A DNA stretch of 32,000 nucleotides from Methanothermobacter thermautotrophicus str. Delta H (GCF_000008645.1 NC_000916.1:180001-212000), one strand, 5' to 3'; shown: positions 1 to 9,720, counted from the first letter of the stretch. A program made the numbers and translations. The notes: a model not told the origin generated them from the letters alone.

Positions 1-1
1 G

Positions 2-1822
2 AACAGCTCCACAGCCTTCAGTGTCCTCAGAGACAGGCTCCATGAGTACCTCGAGGAACTTTCAGGGATACTGACACCCTACGGCCTTCACACCTTCGGA
101 GAACTGCCAGACAGTGAAACCCTTGAGAAATTCATAGACGCAATAATATCCTTCGACCCTGCAAACAGGACAGCCAGAAGGGATGAGATAAGGAACCTTC
201 TGATTATGAGCGCCAGTAATGAGATGAACTCACTCCTGAGGGCACTTAACGGTGAATTCATACAGCCAGTATCAGCAAGAAGCCCGGTCATCAACCTGGA
301 GACCCTTCCAACGGGCCGCAACATGTACACCTTTGACCCCTCATCAATCCCTGACCCCGCAGCAGTGGTCATAGGATCAAGGGCTGCCGAGGAGATGCTG
401 AAGCGCTACAGGAATTCCAGCGGTGGAAGGTACCCTGAGACAGTGGCCGTGGATATAGGTGATGTGATATCAACTGGCGGTCAGAGCATAGCAGCGATAT
501 TCTACTTCCTGGGAGTCAGACCCATCTATGAGAGCGGAGCCCTCATAGGTACAGAGATCATACCCCTCAGTGAACTTGGAAGACCGAGGATAGACGTTGT
601 GATAAGTGACTTCCACAACTTCCGTGGAGCAATCCCTGCCACCATGGACGTAATCGACAATACAATAAAGAGGATAGTGAACCTCAACGAGTCATCTGAG
701 ATGAACTATGTGAGGAAGCACTACCTCGCAATGAAAGCAGGCATCTACGCTGAACTTGTCGCAGCAGGGATGAACACTTCCGAAGCGGATGCAAATGCGG
801 ATAGACTTGCAAGGACAAGGATCTTCGGACTTCCACCCGGTGCCGACCCCCATGGAGCAGGTGTTGACAGGATACTCTGGTCAAGGGACGACTGGACTCC
901 AGAGCAGCTTGCTGAGACATACCTCAGCTACTACTCCTATGCCTATGGAAGAGATTTAAATGGAGTCCAGAGCCCGAAACTCCTGGAGTCACTCCTGCGC
1001 ACAGTTGACACCACCATGGTCATAAGTCCCTACAGGGCACCCGGTGAGGGCACCTGCCTCTACAGGGTCTCAGTCACCGTGAACTTCATGGTGAACTACC
1101 TCACAGGGAGGAACATAAACAGCTACATTGCAAGGACAGCCTACGGTACACCCCTGATAAGGACACTGCAGGAGTCAACCTACGATGACCTTGCGGTGAC
1201 ACTGCTCAACCCGGTCTGGGTACAGGGCAAACTCCGTGAGGGGCCATCTGGAAGTGCTTCAATAGCACTGCAGGTGAGGGACCTGTTCACCAGCGACGCC
1301 CTGGTGGATGTGGCATCCCCTGATGTCTGGAGGAGAATAGCAGACACTTTCCTCTTTGACAGCTCTGTAAGGTCACAGTTTGATCCATCAGCCCTCCAGA
1401 TGATTGCAAGGTATGTGAGGCAGGCCCATACCAGGGGTCTTGTATCCCTTTCACAGGAGGAACTTGTAGCCATCTCAGAGATGCTCGGTGAGAAATCCGG
1501 CTCTGATGGAAATGACCAGGGAACCACCACAACACCACATGGCGGTACAACCGGCGGTTCAGCCACATCAGGCGGAAGAACAGGCACTGGGTCCCCAGGG
1601 CTATCTCCAGGTGTATCAGGTGCCATATCCATGGATTCACAGTCCAGCGGAGCAGCATCAGCTTCTCCGGGTGAGGGACAGGAGAGGGCAGGACGCTCCT
1701 ATGAGATATCAACACCCACGGCTGCGAAATCATCAGGCACCCAGCTATACGCCATTGCAGGCATAATCGGGCTATTCTGTCTCCTCGGAGTGGGCTACTA
1801 CTTCGGTCCCATGAGAAAATAA
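2..1822 (+). CDS. CobN / magnesium-chelatase subunit H-like protein, C-terminal part (5' end outside the window), with Ser/Gly/Thr-rich linker and C-terminal transmembrane anchor
   Basis: Frame is open from base 2 (NSTAFSVLRDRLHEYLEELSGILTPYGLHTFGELP...) through the listed 206..1822 ORF. Contains CobN-like stretches ISPYRAPGEGTCLYRVSV, RIFGLPPGADPHGAGVDRILWSRDDW and AVDIGDVISTGGQSIAAIFYFLGVRPIY. C-terminus is low-complexity then YAIAGIIGLFCLLGVGYYFGPMRK. Confidence 0.85.
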   Translation, partial: NSSTAFSVLRDRLHEYLEELSGILTPYGLHTFGELPDSETLEKFIDAIISFDPANRTARRDEIRNLLIMSASNEMNSLLRALNGEFIQPVSARSPVINLETLPTGRNMYTFDPSSIPDPAAVVIGSRAAEEMLKRYRNSSGGRYPETVAVDIGDVISTGGQSIAAIFYFLGVRPIYESGALIGTEIIPLSELGRPRIDVVISDFHNFRGAIPATMDVIDNTIKRIVNLNESSEMNYVRKHYLAMKAGIYAELVAAGMNTSEADANADRLARTRIFGLPPGADPHGAGVDRILWSRDDWTPEQLAETYLSYYSYAYGRDLNGVQSPKLLESLLRTVDTTMVISPYRAPGEGTCLYRVSVTVNFMVNYLTGRNINSYIARTAYGTPLIRTLQESTYDDLAVTLLNPVWVQGKLREGPSGSASIALQVRDLFTSDALVDVASPDVWRRIADTFLFDSSVRSQFDPSALQMIARYVRQAHTRGLVSLSQEELVAISEMLGEKSGSDGNDQGTTTTPHGGTTGGSATSGGRTGTGSPGLSPGVSGAISMDSQSSGAASASPGEGQERAGRSYEISTPTAAKSSGTQLYAIAGIIGLFCLLGVGYYFGPMRK

Positions 1823-1848
1823 ATTCTATTCCTTTTTATTTTTTGGCT
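1819..1848 (+). terminator. T-rich terminator-like tract after the CobN-like gene
   Basis: aaataaattctattcctttttattttttgg directly after the stop codon. Confidence 0.5.
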
Positions 1849-1915
1849 CTAAGAACCGAACTAATTCTTACGCATTATGTGACTTACCTAATAAGTGTAC
1901 TAGCTCTGAATCTTC

Positions 1916-1943
1916 TAGGTAAAGACTTTTGGTGGTTTACCTA
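1916..1943. repeat. 8-bp inverted repeat TAGGTAAA-N12-TTTACCTA in convergent intergenic region
   Basis: Read directly; perfect arms 1916-1923 and 1936-1943. Confidence 0.6.
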
Positions 1944-1955
1944 AATTACACTGAA

Positions 1956-2876
1956 TTAGGAGAACCTTCTGAAAAGATGCGGCCTGAGACCTGCCTCCAT
2001 CAGCACCCGTCTGTCGTCCTCTGTTAAGTCTGATTCACTGGTAGGTGGTACTGGTTTACCCCTCCTTGCAAGGATGACACCACCACGCCTCTGGGCCCCC
2101 AGGAACTTTCCGGCATCGCCGTCCACTATGAGATAACCATCCCTCATGTCTATACCCGAGAAATCGTCACAGTCCCCCTGGATGATGACGGTACCTCCAC
2201 TCAGGAGCGCCCCGGTATTCTTACCTGCATCACCCATAACACGGACGGTTCCGCGCCTCATGAGTATCCCGGTTGAGAGATCAACGTTACCGTGGTGGAT
2301 TATCTCCACATCAGCATCCAGCCGGGCCCCCAGGGTGTCCCGCACATGACCGTCATCTATGACCATGCGTCCAGGTTCAAGGGTCACATTCACGGGTTCA
2401 GCTCTGAGACCATTCATGAGGATGTCCGTGACTGACATGAACTTTTTGTAGCCCCTCCTGTCGGATCTGACCTCAATGATGTTTCCTATGGGGTCCCTGA
2501 CTGCACCCTTCACGTATATGGTGCCTGAGACCATGCTTATGCCCATCCTGGTGTCAACGTCCCCCTCCACGGTAACAACCCCTGCATCCATCACACCTCC
2601 GCCGCCCCCGAAGTAGGCGAGGTCGGCGCCCATGCTGGAGGCCAGCCTGTGTCCGGCGTCACCCCTCACAATGACCTCTCCTCCATCCTTGAGGTGTTCA
2701 ACAACCTCCCGGAAGGTGTGGCTGGTTCCTGGAATCCTCTCATCAGGGTCCAGCTTTTCACCACGGTGCTGCCAGTAGAAGTTGTAGGTAAAATCAGCTA
2801 TGCAGTCAACCGGACCGTCGGGTTCGATCTCAATAACTTCCCTTTCATCCCTCCTTCTGCCAAGGAATCCGAACAT
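1956..2876 (-). CDS. Stand-alone GXGXG-repeat protein similar to formylmethanofuran dehydrogenase subunit C / glutamate synthase alpha C-terminal domain
   Basis: 306 aa MFGFLGRRRDEREVIEIEPDG... with GGEVIVRGDAGHRLASSMGAD, GTVRVMGDAGKNTGALLSGGTVIIQGDC and GYLIVDGDAGKFLGAQRRGG. Start chosen at the ATG preceded by GGAGGTG (minus strand), shorter than the 449-aa track ORF. Confidence 0.8.
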   Translation of the reverse strand: MFGFLGRRRDEREVIEIEPDGPVDCIADFTYNFYWQHRGEKLDPDERIPGTSHTFREVVEHLKDGGEVIVRGDAGHRLASSMGADLAYFGGGGGVMDAGVVTVEGDVDTRMGISMVSGTIYVKGAVRDPIGNIIEVRSDRRGYKKFMSVTDILMNGLRAEPVNVTLEPGRMVIDDGHVRDTLGARLDADVEIIHHGNVDLSTGILMRRGTVRVMGDAGKNTGALLSGGTVIIQGDCDDFSGIDMRDGYLIVDGDAGKFLGAQRRGGVILARRGKPVPPTSESDLTEDDRRVLMEAGLRPHLFRRFS

Positions 2877-3012
2877 ATATGCACCTCCATTATCAGATTT
2901 CCACCCCAACTGATAAATACATCTCCCATAAATATTTCTGTGTGGTATTCCAGGAAGAGGCGCTGGGATAATTTTCCGGTGGATGTTCTCTTTGTGGATC
3001 TCGGGAGATGAT

Positions 3013-3663
3013 ATGTTGCCTGAAAGGAGTGAATTACTCAGTTTCCTCTCAGAACTTGGCGTTGATACAAGGTTTGTGAGTGTAACGCCGGGCGAGGTCC
3101 TCATAAACAACCTGAGGTTCTCCAGGTTCTCCAGGAGGAGGGAGGAGCTATTCAGGGAGAGGTTCCCTGATGTGGATGTTGTGAGGTCCAAGGTGTTCCA
3201 GAAGATATGTTCAAGGGCCTCCAGGGTACTCTCCTCGAACCTCAGACCACGCTCAGAGGTGAGGATCGATGCAGAGGGTGAGATGGCCACCGTACTCCAC
3301 ATCATACTTGAGCCCTACACGAGGAAGTACGGTATAGGGATCGGTGAAGGTGATGTGAGGGTGCTCCCGGGGACCCTTGACCACTCCATTGCAGCTGCAA
3401 TCGAGGATATGCTCTCAGGTGAAAGGATAGGGTATCACCTGAGGTCAACACCCCTGCAAATATACCCTCTATCAGGGGTCCCTGCAGAGTGGATTGAGGC
3501 CTGGCGGGGCACCAGGATCGAGGTAACAGGAAATCCACTGGTTAAGGAGTTTCTTGAATTCTTTGATGGGAACATCCCCCAGTTCAGGGATAAGATGAAG
3601 AGATCCCTCGAATATCTCGGGGAGCTTGCTGAGGCCGGGGGTGGACCACAATCCCCTTACTAG
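3013..3663 (+). CDS. Conserved-looking hypothetical protein, 216 aa
   Basis: ORF MLPERSELLSFLSELGVDTRFVSV... starting after GGGAGATGAT; archaeal codon-usage-like composition. No family recognised with confidence. Confidence 0.65.
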   Translation: MLPERSELLSFLSELGVDTRFVSVTPGEVLINNLRFSRFSRRREELFRERFPDVDVVRSKVFQKICSRASRVLSSNLRPRSEVRIDAEGEMATVLHIILEPYTRKYGIGIGEGDVRVLPGTLDHSIAAAIEDMLSGERIGYHLRSTPLQIYPLSGVPAEWIEAWRGTRIEVTGNPLVKEFLEFFDGNIPQFRDKMKRSLEYLGELAEAGGGPQSPY

Positions 3664-3700
3664 ATCCCCCCATCCGGAGTCCTCATGGAGCTCACTGACT

Positions 3701-3715
3701 GCTGGCAGTGCCAGC
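3701..3715. repeat. Perfect 6-bp/3-nt-loop hairpin GCTGGC-AGT-GCCAGC in convergent intergenic space
   Basis: Read directly; lies 38 nt after the stop of the + strand ORF ending at 3663 and downstream of rfcL on the opposite strand. Confidence 0.55.
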
Positions 3716-3782
3716 TATCCTGATGGCTGATACCTAGTTTACCCTCAGAGACCGTGAATAAAAAATGGTTATCTTTATGGGA

Positions 3783-5222
3783 CTATGAGAACTGGAAGAG
3801 TGACGTCTGTTTTTCTTTAGGCTTCTTATCATCTGAACTGCTGGATGATTCATCCCTGGGTCTATCATCCTTTTTAGAGGATTTAATGGGTGTCTTTGCG
3901 GATTTATCTGTGGCTTTATCATTTATGGATTTATCTGCGCCCTTATCTTTCTTCTGACTGTAAAGGGGCCCCACTTTAATTTCAGCTTTCCTGGGGGTTT
4001 TCTTCCTTTTAGGCGCCTTTATCTTTCTCTTCCGGAACAGTTTGATCTCCTCGTCTCTAAGCTCCAGGAATTCACTTATATCATAGGCCATTTCATCATT
4101 CTCAAATAGGATCTCCATGTATGGGAACATTGAGATTGCGACCTTCGGTGAGATGTGCATCTTTCCAGCCATCTTGGCCGCGACACTGTCCCTGAGGCTC
4201 CTCTGTTTCCGGGTTTTCCCGAGTATCCTGAAGGATGATGAACCTGTGTAGCGGACGAACTTCCGGTAGGTCTTATCCTTTGCAAGGGCAACCCCTGGCC
4301 CCATGAGTTCGGAGGCGTAGCGCCAGTAGGTGTAGTTCCTGGTTCTCACGGCTCGCCCGAAGAATATGTCTGCACGTGAGAGCATATCATAGGCCCTGCT
4401 GATCTCATTTGGCTTCTCATATTCCCTGGGAACGTTCTCTGCGATGAATTCAAGTACAAGGGTGGGGTCATCATCCACCCTCATGGCCTCCCTGACCTTT
4501 GAGACGTCACGGCTCTTGAGGACGGCCCTGACGGCATCAAAGAGGTTTGAGGTGGCATCCTTTTCTCCCATCTTCAGGAGCTCCTCACCGATGCGCTCCT
4601 CACCCTCTGCCATGGCCTCAAGGTCGTTGATGGCTGAACGCAGGTCACCACGGGACCTTTTTGCCAGTTCCCTGAGCACATCATCGGGGCACTCTATACC
4701 CTCAGCACGGCATATCCTCCTGAGGGCTGCTGCTATGGATGATGTGTGGACCTTTCTGAGGTTTAAGACCCTGCATCTGGGCTTTATGCTCTGCAGCCTC
4801 TTGCTGTAGGGGTCGTTTGCTGTGAGGACCATGGGATGTCTGCTCTCCTTTATGATCCTGTTTATTGCCTGGACACCTCCACGGTCCTCATTCCCGTGGA
4901 TCCCATCAACCTCATCAAGGATGATGAGCTTCAGGTCATGGTTGAAGAGGGAGCGGGTCGCTGATGCCTCACCGGCGCTCCTCATAAGGGCGTCCTGGGA
5001 GCGCCTGTCACTGGCGTTGAGTTCAAGGGTATCAGAGAACTCCTTTCCTATGATGTGGGCGAGGGTTGTCTTCCCGGTCCCGGGGGGTCCAACCAGGAGG
5101 AGCGGCTTCTGGGGCTTCCCTGCCTTCCAGGCTTTGATCCACTCCTTTATCTCAGCTATGACCTTCTGGTTCCCGACCACCTCATCGAAGCTCCCTGGCC
5201 GGTATTTCTCTGTCCATGACAT
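3783..5222 (-). CDS. rfcL: Replication factor C large subunit (clamp loader), with C-terminal PIP-box-like QTSLFQFS
   Basis: [28 protein letters not shown], Walker [14 protein letters not shown] box, [10 protein letters not shown]; Lys/Asp/Ser-rich C-terminal linker ending [11 protein letters not shown]. Confidence 0.97.
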
Positions 5223-5235
5223 TTACTGTACCTCT

Positions 5236-6192
5236 TTAGGCGTGTTCAAGGAACCTTGCAAGGAGGGCCTCAAGCTGTATCCTGGGATTGGCGCCCTCCC
5301 TTATCCTGAAGTCGTATTCGCCGATGGCATCGATGAGGCCCACGTACCTATCACCATCAACCTCGCCCTCCATTGCCAGCCTTGAGAGCTCCTGATAGAT
5401 CTGGGTGACCATGTCCTCCCCGCTTATACCCTGGAGAACCATGATCTCCCTCAGCATGTCCCTGGCCTCCATGAACTTACCATCAAGGATGGTCTTTATC
5501 ATCTTCCTCACATCCTTTGGCCGGGCCCTTGACACGACATCGTAGATGCTTGACTCTGTTATCTTCTCACCGAGGGATGCGGCTGACTGGAGGAGGTTTA
5601 TGGCCTTCCTGAGATCCCCCTCAGCGAAGTAGACTATTGTCTCAAGGGCATGGGCCTCGTATTCAAGGTTCTCCTTCTCTGCAATGTACTCCAGGCGTTT
5701 GATTATCTGGTGGCCCTTGAGGGGGAGGAACCTGAATATGGCGCACCTTGACTGGATCGGATCTATTATCTTTGAGGAGTAGTTACAGGAGAGTATGAAG
5801 GAGGATGTCTTTGTGTACATCTCCATCTCCCTCCTGAGGGCGTGCTGGGCGTCCTTTGTCATGTTGTCCACTTCGTCGAGGAATATTATCCTGAAGGGGG
5901 CGCCCACGGGTTTTAGGCGGCAGAAGTTCTTTATGCTGGTCCTCACGGTGTCTATACCCCTGGCGTCTGATGCGTTGAGTTCAAGGAAGTTCTGCCTCCA
6001 GTACTCACCGAGGATCTCCCTTGCAAGGGCAAGGGCTGCTGTTGTTTTACCGACACCAGCTGGACCCGTGAACATGAGGTTTGGCATGCTTTTCTCTTCG
6101 ACGTACCGCTTTAGACGTGGTATTATGTGTTCCTGGCCTACTATATCATCAAGTTTCTGTGGTCTGTACTTCTCTACCCAAGGTCCGTTCAT
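5236..6192 (-). CDS. rfcS: Replication factor C small subunit
   Basis: [34 protein letters not shown]...[17 protein letters not shown]...[11 protein letters not shown]...[11 protein letters not shown]...[17 protein letters not shown]. Start moved to ATG 6192 because GGTGAT lies 4 nt upstream and overlaps the track's GTG. Confidence 0.96.
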   Translation of the reverse strand: MNGPWVEKYRPQKLDDIVGQEHIIPRLKRYVEEKSMPNLMFTGPAGVGKTTAALALAREILGEYWRQNFLELNASDARGIDTVRTSIKNFCRLKPVGAPFRIIFLDEVDNMTKDAQHALRREMEMYTKTSSFILSCNYSSKIIDPIQSRCAIFRFLPLKGHQIIKRLEYIAEKENLEYEAHALETIVYFAEGDLRKAINLLQSAASLGEKITESSIYDVVSRARPKDVRKMIKTILDGKFMEARDMLREIMVLQGISGEDMVTQIYQELSRLAMEGEVDGDRYVGLIDAIGEYDFRIREGANPRIQLEALLARFLEHA

Positions 6193-6325
6193 AATGATCA
6201 CCGATAAGGTTTAATGGAGTTTTCACTGTCCATGGACCGGCGGATCCATCAACGGTGTTTATTTTTCATGGACTGGACCGGTATAGTTCTGTCATCCATC
6301 AATATAGTTAATTACCATGGGGACC

Positions 6326-7176
6326 TTAATCCCTGTTAAGGACCCTTTTCAGGGCGTCTTCCATGACATCCAGGGGCGGGTCCCTCCCGGTCCAGATCCT
6401 GAAGGCCTCAACGCCCTGATAGAGGAGCATACGGATCCCTGAAACCGGGATGGCTGACGCCCTCTCAGCCTCTCTCAGGAGGACCGTCCTTTGAGGGTTG
6501 TACACGAGGTCATGGACCACCAGACCCTCATGCATGAGTTCAGCCCCCACCAGTGGCCTGTCATCTGTGTGGGGATGCATGCCCACCGGCGTGGTGTCTA
6601 TGAGGATATCAGCCGATTTCACAGACCCCTGGATAAGTTCATAGCCCCCGTATGATGCCTCAAAGCCCAGTTTATCAGCCATATCCTCTGCAAGGAGGCG
6701 GGCCTTTTCAGGGGTCCTGTTCAGTATGGTTATATCCGAGGCCCCCTTCTCTGCAAGCTGGAATGCACAGGCCCTTGCAGCCCCACCCGCCCCCAGTATA
6801 AGGACGGATGAACCCTCAACGGATGTCACCTCTTCAAGGGCCCTTAAGCACCCTGAGGCATCGGTATTGTATCCCCTGACGGTCCCGTCATCGAATTTCA
6901 GAGTGTTAACGGCACCTATCAGGGCCGCTGTCCCATGGATATCATCAATGTACTCCAGGACGGCCTCCTTGTGGGGTATTGTCACATTCACACCCTCAAC
7001 CCCAAGGGCCCTCAGGCCCTCAACCGCTGCTTTCAGGTTCTCTGGCTTCACAGGGAATGGTACGTATATCCAGTCCATACCAAGGCTCCTGAACGCCGCG
7101 TTGTGCATTATGGGCGAGAGGCTGTGCCCAGGGGATGGCCCATGATTCCGGTTACATGTGTTTTTCCAGTTATCAG
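6326..7176 (-). CDS. aroE: Shikimate dehydrogenase; intact ORF only from 7108, N-terminus in another frame (apparent -1 frameshift near 7127-7134)
   Basis: MHNAAFRSLGMDWIYVPFP...VNVTIPHKEAVLEYID...GAVNTLKF...GYNTDASGCLRAL...VLILGAGGAARACAFQLAEKGASDITILNRT. Upstream codons in a different frame read (L)ITGKTHVTGIMGHPL, joining GHSLSPIMHNAAF after a one-base shift. GGGGTGAT sits 3 nt before the possible CTG start at 7176. Confidence 0.85.
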
Positions 7177-7269
7177 TTTATCACCCCGGCATTACAGGCA
7201 AAGAATCTCTTCGGGTTTAGATGCTGCACCGGTCAGTATAGAATCTGATTTTTTTTCTCATGGTACTTA

Positions 7270-7301
7270 CAATATTTATTTACCATCAGCGATAAATATT
7301 G
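7270..7301. promoter_or_regulatory. 10-bp perfect inverted repeat CAATATTTAT-N12-ATAAATATTG in the aroE/HARP divergent intergenic region; right arm may overlap the TATA element for the gene at 7340
   Basis: Sequence read directly. ATAAATATTG is about 40-48 nt upstream of the ATG at 7340, compatible with an archaeal box A plus a short leader. Confidence 0.5.
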
Positions 7302-7339
7302 TTGCCATAGGTTACCTATAATCCAGGGGAGAGTGTGAC

Positions 7340-8002
7340 ATGCTTGCAAAGCAGAGATTCGTACTTGATACAACGGCATTTACAGATAACCAGCTGCGAG
7401 AACTGCTGGGTGATGGCGACCTCAACCTCTCGGTTGACAGGATGCTTGACCTCATAGCGAGAAGCAGGATAAAACTCAACATAAGCTGTCACATGCCTCC
7501 CATCACCTACAAGGAGTTCACAGATTACATGACACGCTACGACTGCCCGGAGGAGACCCTTATAAAGGCCGAGACATGGATAGTTAAGAAGACACCCAAC
7601 CGCTACGACACACAGATACCCTCCCAGATATTCTATGAATACGTCCATGATATACGGGAGAGGATGAACAAGGGCCTCAGGATCTCAGAGACCCTGCTCT
7701 GGGAGGCAGGCATACAGTCCATCATAATGGCCTCCCGTGACGTCAAGAAGACAGAGATCGAGAGCGAGGTGCTTGGAAAGGCCATAAAGGACCTCAGGAA
7801 GAAATACAGATCAGCCCTCCGCAAGGGAACCCTTGACAGTGCCCCCGACCTTGATGTGCTGCTCCTTGCCAAGGAACTGGGGGCAGGGGTCGTGGCGGCC
7901 GATGATGGTATAAGGGTCTGGGCTGAGCGACTGGGTCTGAGGTTCCTCAATGCCACATCCTTCCCCAAGATGCTCAAGGAATACCTTAAATATTATGAAT
8001 GA
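7340..8002 (+). CDS. PIN-domain RNA-free RNase P of the HARP / RNA-ligase-partner (UPF0278) family
   Basis: [24 protein letters not shown]...YKEFTDYM...[81 protein letters not shown]. Conserved Asp residues of the PIN nuclease fold. Confidence 0.85.
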
Positions 8003-8051
8003 TGAACCTCTCATCATCCCCTTTATCATTTTTACTGGAGGAATTGCTGTC

Positions 8052-9329
8052 ATGGATATATCAAGACCGAGAGGAACAAGGGACTTCCTTTTCGCTGAAA
8101 TGAGGAACAGGAAAGAGGTTGAAGGTGTACTCAGAAGGACATTCGAGACCTATGGCTACCATGAGATCAAGACACCAATATTTGAGGAACTCAAACTCTT
8201 CACAGTCAAATCCGGTGAGGAGGTGGTGAACCAGATCTACCACTTCACCGATAAGGGCGGCCGGGAACTGGCCCTGAGACCTGAACTCACAGCACCCGTG
8301 GCAAGGCTCTACATGAATGAGATGCAGAAAAAACCGAAGCCAATAAAGATGTACTACTTCGGGAGCTGCTTCAGGTATGAGAGGCCGCAGGCCGGGCGCT
8401 TCAGACAGTTCTGGCAGTTCGGATGCGAACTCATAGGTGGAAGATCGCCCCTGGCAGAGGCTGAGGTGATATCCCTAGCATCTGAATCCCTCCATGAACT
8501 CGGCCTTGACGGATTCGAGGTCCACATAGGCCACCTGGGCATACTCCGCGGGATCCTCGGCAGGGAGGAAATCCCATCTGAACTCCAGGACAGGATAATG
8601 GGTGTCATAGACAAGGGCGACGTGGAAGAACTTGAAGCACTCCTAGGGGAGGTTGAGGTATCTGGAGAAAGCCGGGAACTCCTCATGAAGCTCATAGGTA
8701 CACAGGGGGGCCCGGAGGTTCTGGACGATGTTGAAGAATACCTGGGGGGCTACAGTGAATCCCTGGAGGCCCTTGAAGAGTTCAGGGAACTCGTTGAGAC
8801 CCTCCACTACTTTGGCGTGGATGACTACCATGTGAACCTGGGGATAGCAAGGGGCCTTGACTACTACACAGGGATAGTATTCGAGATCTACGTGCCGGAA
8901 CTGGGGGCCCAGAAACAGATATGTGGCGGAGGGACCTACAACCTGGTTGAAACATTCGGTGGGGAGCGGGTCGAATCAACGGGATTCGCCTTCGGCTTTG
9001 ACAGGCTCATGAACGCCCTGGGGATGGATGAGGAGAACATGAGGATGGTTGATGTCTTCGTGATACCCATACAGGACTCCACTGTCCCTGAGGCCATAAG
9101 GATCACCCAGGAGCTCAGGGCTGCAGGGGTATCCGCTGACCTCGAAGTCTCTGGCAGGAAGCTCAGGAAGGCCCTCTCACACGCTGACAACCTTGGAGCC
9201 AGGTTCGCAGTTCTGACAGGTGAGAGGGAAATCCAGGATGGTAAGGTGACGGTAAAGGATATGGAGAGGAACTCCCAGGAGACCCTGCCAAGGGATGAGA
9301 TGGTTGATAAAATCAAAGGGAGATGTTAA
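8052..9329 (+). CDS. hisS: Histidyl-tRNA synthetase
   Basis: [17 protein letters not shown]...[18 protein letters not shown]...[29 protein letters not shown]...[15 protein letters not shown]...[16 protein letters not shown] upstream of ATG 8052. Confidence 0.96.
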
Positions 9330-9720
9330 CATTTTACTTAATTTCAGACATAATATTAATGGCGAAGACCTCATAATTGCAGTTGCACAGGACCACGAGA
9401 CAGGTGAGGTCCTCATGGTGGCCTACATGAACCGTGAGGCCCTCAGGAGGACCCTTGAAACAGGCACTGCCCACTACTGGAGCACGTCCCGGGGTAAGCT
9501 GTGGCTGAAGGGTGAAAGCTCAGGCCATGTTCAGCGCGTGAAGGACGTTCTTGTGGACTGTGACGGTGATGCGGTTGTGCTGAAGGTTGAACAGGAGGGC
9601 GGGGCCTGCCATACAGGTTACAGGTCCTGCTTCTACCGGAGTATTGATGGAGATGAACTCAAAGTCAGGGAGGACGCCGTGAAGGTCTTTGACCCTGAAG
9701 AGATATATGGAGATGGTTAG
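9304..9720 (+). CDS. hisI: Phosphoribosyl-AMP cyclohydrolase, overlapping the 3' end of hisS
   Basis: [114 protein letters not shown] 9304 is the probable start; ATG 9295 is an alternative. Confidence 0.95.

Noticed and set aside
6228-6237. GTCCATGGAC perfect 10-bp palindrome upstream of rfcS, near a second ATGGACTGGACCGG
   Set aside because: No arm spacing or repeat organisation beyond a single short palindrome, so evidence is too weak for a regulatory claim.
7633-7977. Long antisense ORFs such as 7633..7977 (-), 9717..10013 (-), 9976..10260 (-), 19511..19954 (-), 19961..20611 (-) and 21754..22356 (-)
   Set aside because: They lie opposite clearly recognised genes and have Ser/Arg/Pro/Thr-rich, low-similarity translations typical of antisense frames in this codon usage.
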